A DNA stretch of 63,292 nt, filler included, from Atractiella rhizophila (lineage: Eukaryota), in the NCBI GenBank assembly GCA_021432655.1. It is 4 parts of 4 records of this genome, joined end to end, with 100 filler letters (N's around TTAATTAATTAA, not from the genome) between each part and the next. Parts side by side here need not be neighbours in the genome. Positions count along the whole stretch, not along the records: positions 60,116 to 63,292 come from MU271211.1; 3 more parts are not named here. One strand, 5' to 3'. How positions within the stretch are numbered: the first letter of the stretch is position 1; the number at the start of each line of letters is the position of its first letter. The notes beneath the pieces were generated by a model. It saw only the letters and a program-made list of their open reading frames with translations, was not told the origin of the DNA and ran no database searches. The translations under genes and the position numbers were made by a program. This document shows, piece after piece, positions 61,427 through 63,292 of the stretch.

Positions 61427-63292
61427 TCAAGCAGAAATCAGATTCGACAGTTGACCGCGTGCTTGGAGAAACCCAACGAGCAAAGCAGAAAGTGCAAAGA
61501 ATAGAGAAAACAGTATCTTCTTCACCCGCTTCGCTTGCGCCACGCTCTGCTTTCCACCAACTTGGATGTAATCACGCCAGACGGGCGTCTTTGTGAGCCA
61601 CCAGTACTTTGCTACAGGTCCTGGGAAGGTGGCTACAGTTTTGGAGCCATGACTGTCTTTCTTGTTAGCTCGCAATCATTCCAACTGGGGAAACGGACTT
61701 GTAATATGTACTGCATCCCCCTTGCCACACCGAGTTTTCTGTTTGGAGTCAACGTTGAGTAAAGGCACAGAGGAGAATGAAGACATACTGAGCCTTCGGC
61801 GAAGATCGCCGTTGTAGTTGTTTTCAGCTTCAGCTTTGACTTCAAACGCTTCTGCTCGATAGTTTACCATCGCTCCAACCATCTGCACAATGTATCCAAT
61901 TTGGCATTCGATTGAAGTGAGTGCCCTGTAAAAACGATCAGAGTTGCGTCTGAGTGAGATGGACAAGCTCACGAAGTATGGCCGGTTGCAACGTTCTATG
62001 CTCTTGGTTAGGGGCACTCAGGAAGATAGAAGTTTGAACTCACAGGACCAAGAATAAAGTAAACATTAGGAAAGTTCTTGACTGTTGTACCCAAGTATGC
62101 CTGAGGTCCTCCCTCCTCGTTCCATTGGTCGATGAGCCTCTTCCCGTTCCTCCCAATGATGTCCAAACCGGTTCCAGCGCCGGCCTGGTTCAACATCAGG
62201 GCATGGTCTTTTTCAAGAGCAGGAATCAACAAACAACGTCGAATCCGGTTCCTAAAATGATAACATCAACTTTCGTCTCTGTCCCATCCTTGTTGACAAT
62301 GGAATCCTCTGTGACGTGGTCAATAGGGTTGGTAACGAGCTCGACATTGGGACGATGCAGAACTTCTAAATACCCTGGGTCCAGAATGACTCTCTTGCAA
62401 CCAAACGGATATTTAGGAATGAGCCAATCTAGATACTCCTTCGGCGCAGTCTTCTTCATGTACCGCCTAGCTTGCCATTCCGCATAATTTCGGAGCAGGT
62501 GTCTGTCTAGAACCCAAACTGGCCAAGCGACATCACGCTGCGGAGCGACTATCATTAACACGGAGATTTAAAAGGAAATTAGGTAGGACGCACTGATCCC
62601 CAAAGAAAGATACGCCAGGCCCTGTTTGCACCAGGCACGTTCCGCAAGAACCATTTCGAGAATCCTGAGTATTTGAATTGGTCCTGTGATACCGTCAATG
62701 TTTGATACAGCTGCGAGGGAGAGCTAAATTTCGCACCCTGTCCATGTACCAATTAGGCGTCCGAACCCAGTTGCCCAACCATTCGAGTCCCCACTCCTCC
62801 TTACCAATCTCAGCTACGAACTGACTGGCGCTGCAACCATTCCCGATTGCCGCCACTCGTTTCCCTTTCAAGTCGACCTTCCAGTTCCAAGCTGCAGAAT
62901 GGAACATCTCGCCACGAAAGTTCTCGAGACCTTTTCACCTCTCAGCAAGTTGTACACCCTTGAGAACGCAGCTCCCACCAGTAATGGGTAAATTTGCAGG
63001 CGTCATCAGTGGTACCGAGAATCCGCCAACAGTTGAGATGAGAACATGGCACGTTGTCTTGAAAGGTTGGCCGGATGAAGAAAGAAGTGTAACTTCGTAA
63101 TACGGCAGAGGTGAAGTGTGATAAACAGCCTTGAGAAAAGTTGTGTTGAACGTCACAAACCGGGAGATCTTGTATTTCTCGTAAATTTTGCGCCAGTATG
63201 CGAGAATTTCAGGCTGAGTTGCATATTGTGATGACCAGTTCGGATTCAGCTCTGTCGAAAGTGAGTACCCTAAACGGTGAAATTGAGTGGTT
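61427..63292 (-). CDS. Baeyer-Villiger/flavin-containing monooxygenase, 5'-partial
   Basis: Fingerprint FRGEMFHSAAW (FxGxxxHxxxW), IGNGCSASQ, YPFGCKRVI, DVIILGTGF, AYLGTTVKNFPN. Confidence 0.93.

Overview
Gene-dense, intron-rich fungal DNA (introns mostly 50-60 nt; basidiomycete-like by inference) from a draft assembly. It has one 25-N gap and three artificial 100-nt N/TTAATTAATTAA/N spacers. Recognisable genes: RPC31, NUP2/Nup50 (one complete and one truncated copy), an F-box-like protein, a Uds1-domain coiled-coil protein, a family III CoA-transferase, RPL25, a Usp-domain protein, an ArAE/FUSC-type membrane protein, a DsbA/FrnE thioredoxin, an atypical G-alpha, an aldo-keto reductase, CWC21 (two partial copies), NSE1, an ankyrin protein, beta-carbonic anhydrase, BPL1 and a Baeyer-Villiger monooxygenase. 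There is also a Tad-like LINE. The most striking structure is missed by the ORF track: about 1298-3357 is mirror-oriented (reversed but not complemented). Read that way, it holds a complete 5-exon, 100-aa hydrophilic-protein gene and the 3' half of a paralog of the F-box-like gene at 13627-15395, with the same intron position. A gap-filling orientation error is the most likely cause. All five tandem duplications have an A at the junction (clearly untemplated in three), which points to haplotype or contig-overlap artefacts. The best candidate for real biological novelty is a G-alpha with a ~270-aa helical-domain insert and no Gly2. All translations and alignments were done by eye and no database searches were run.
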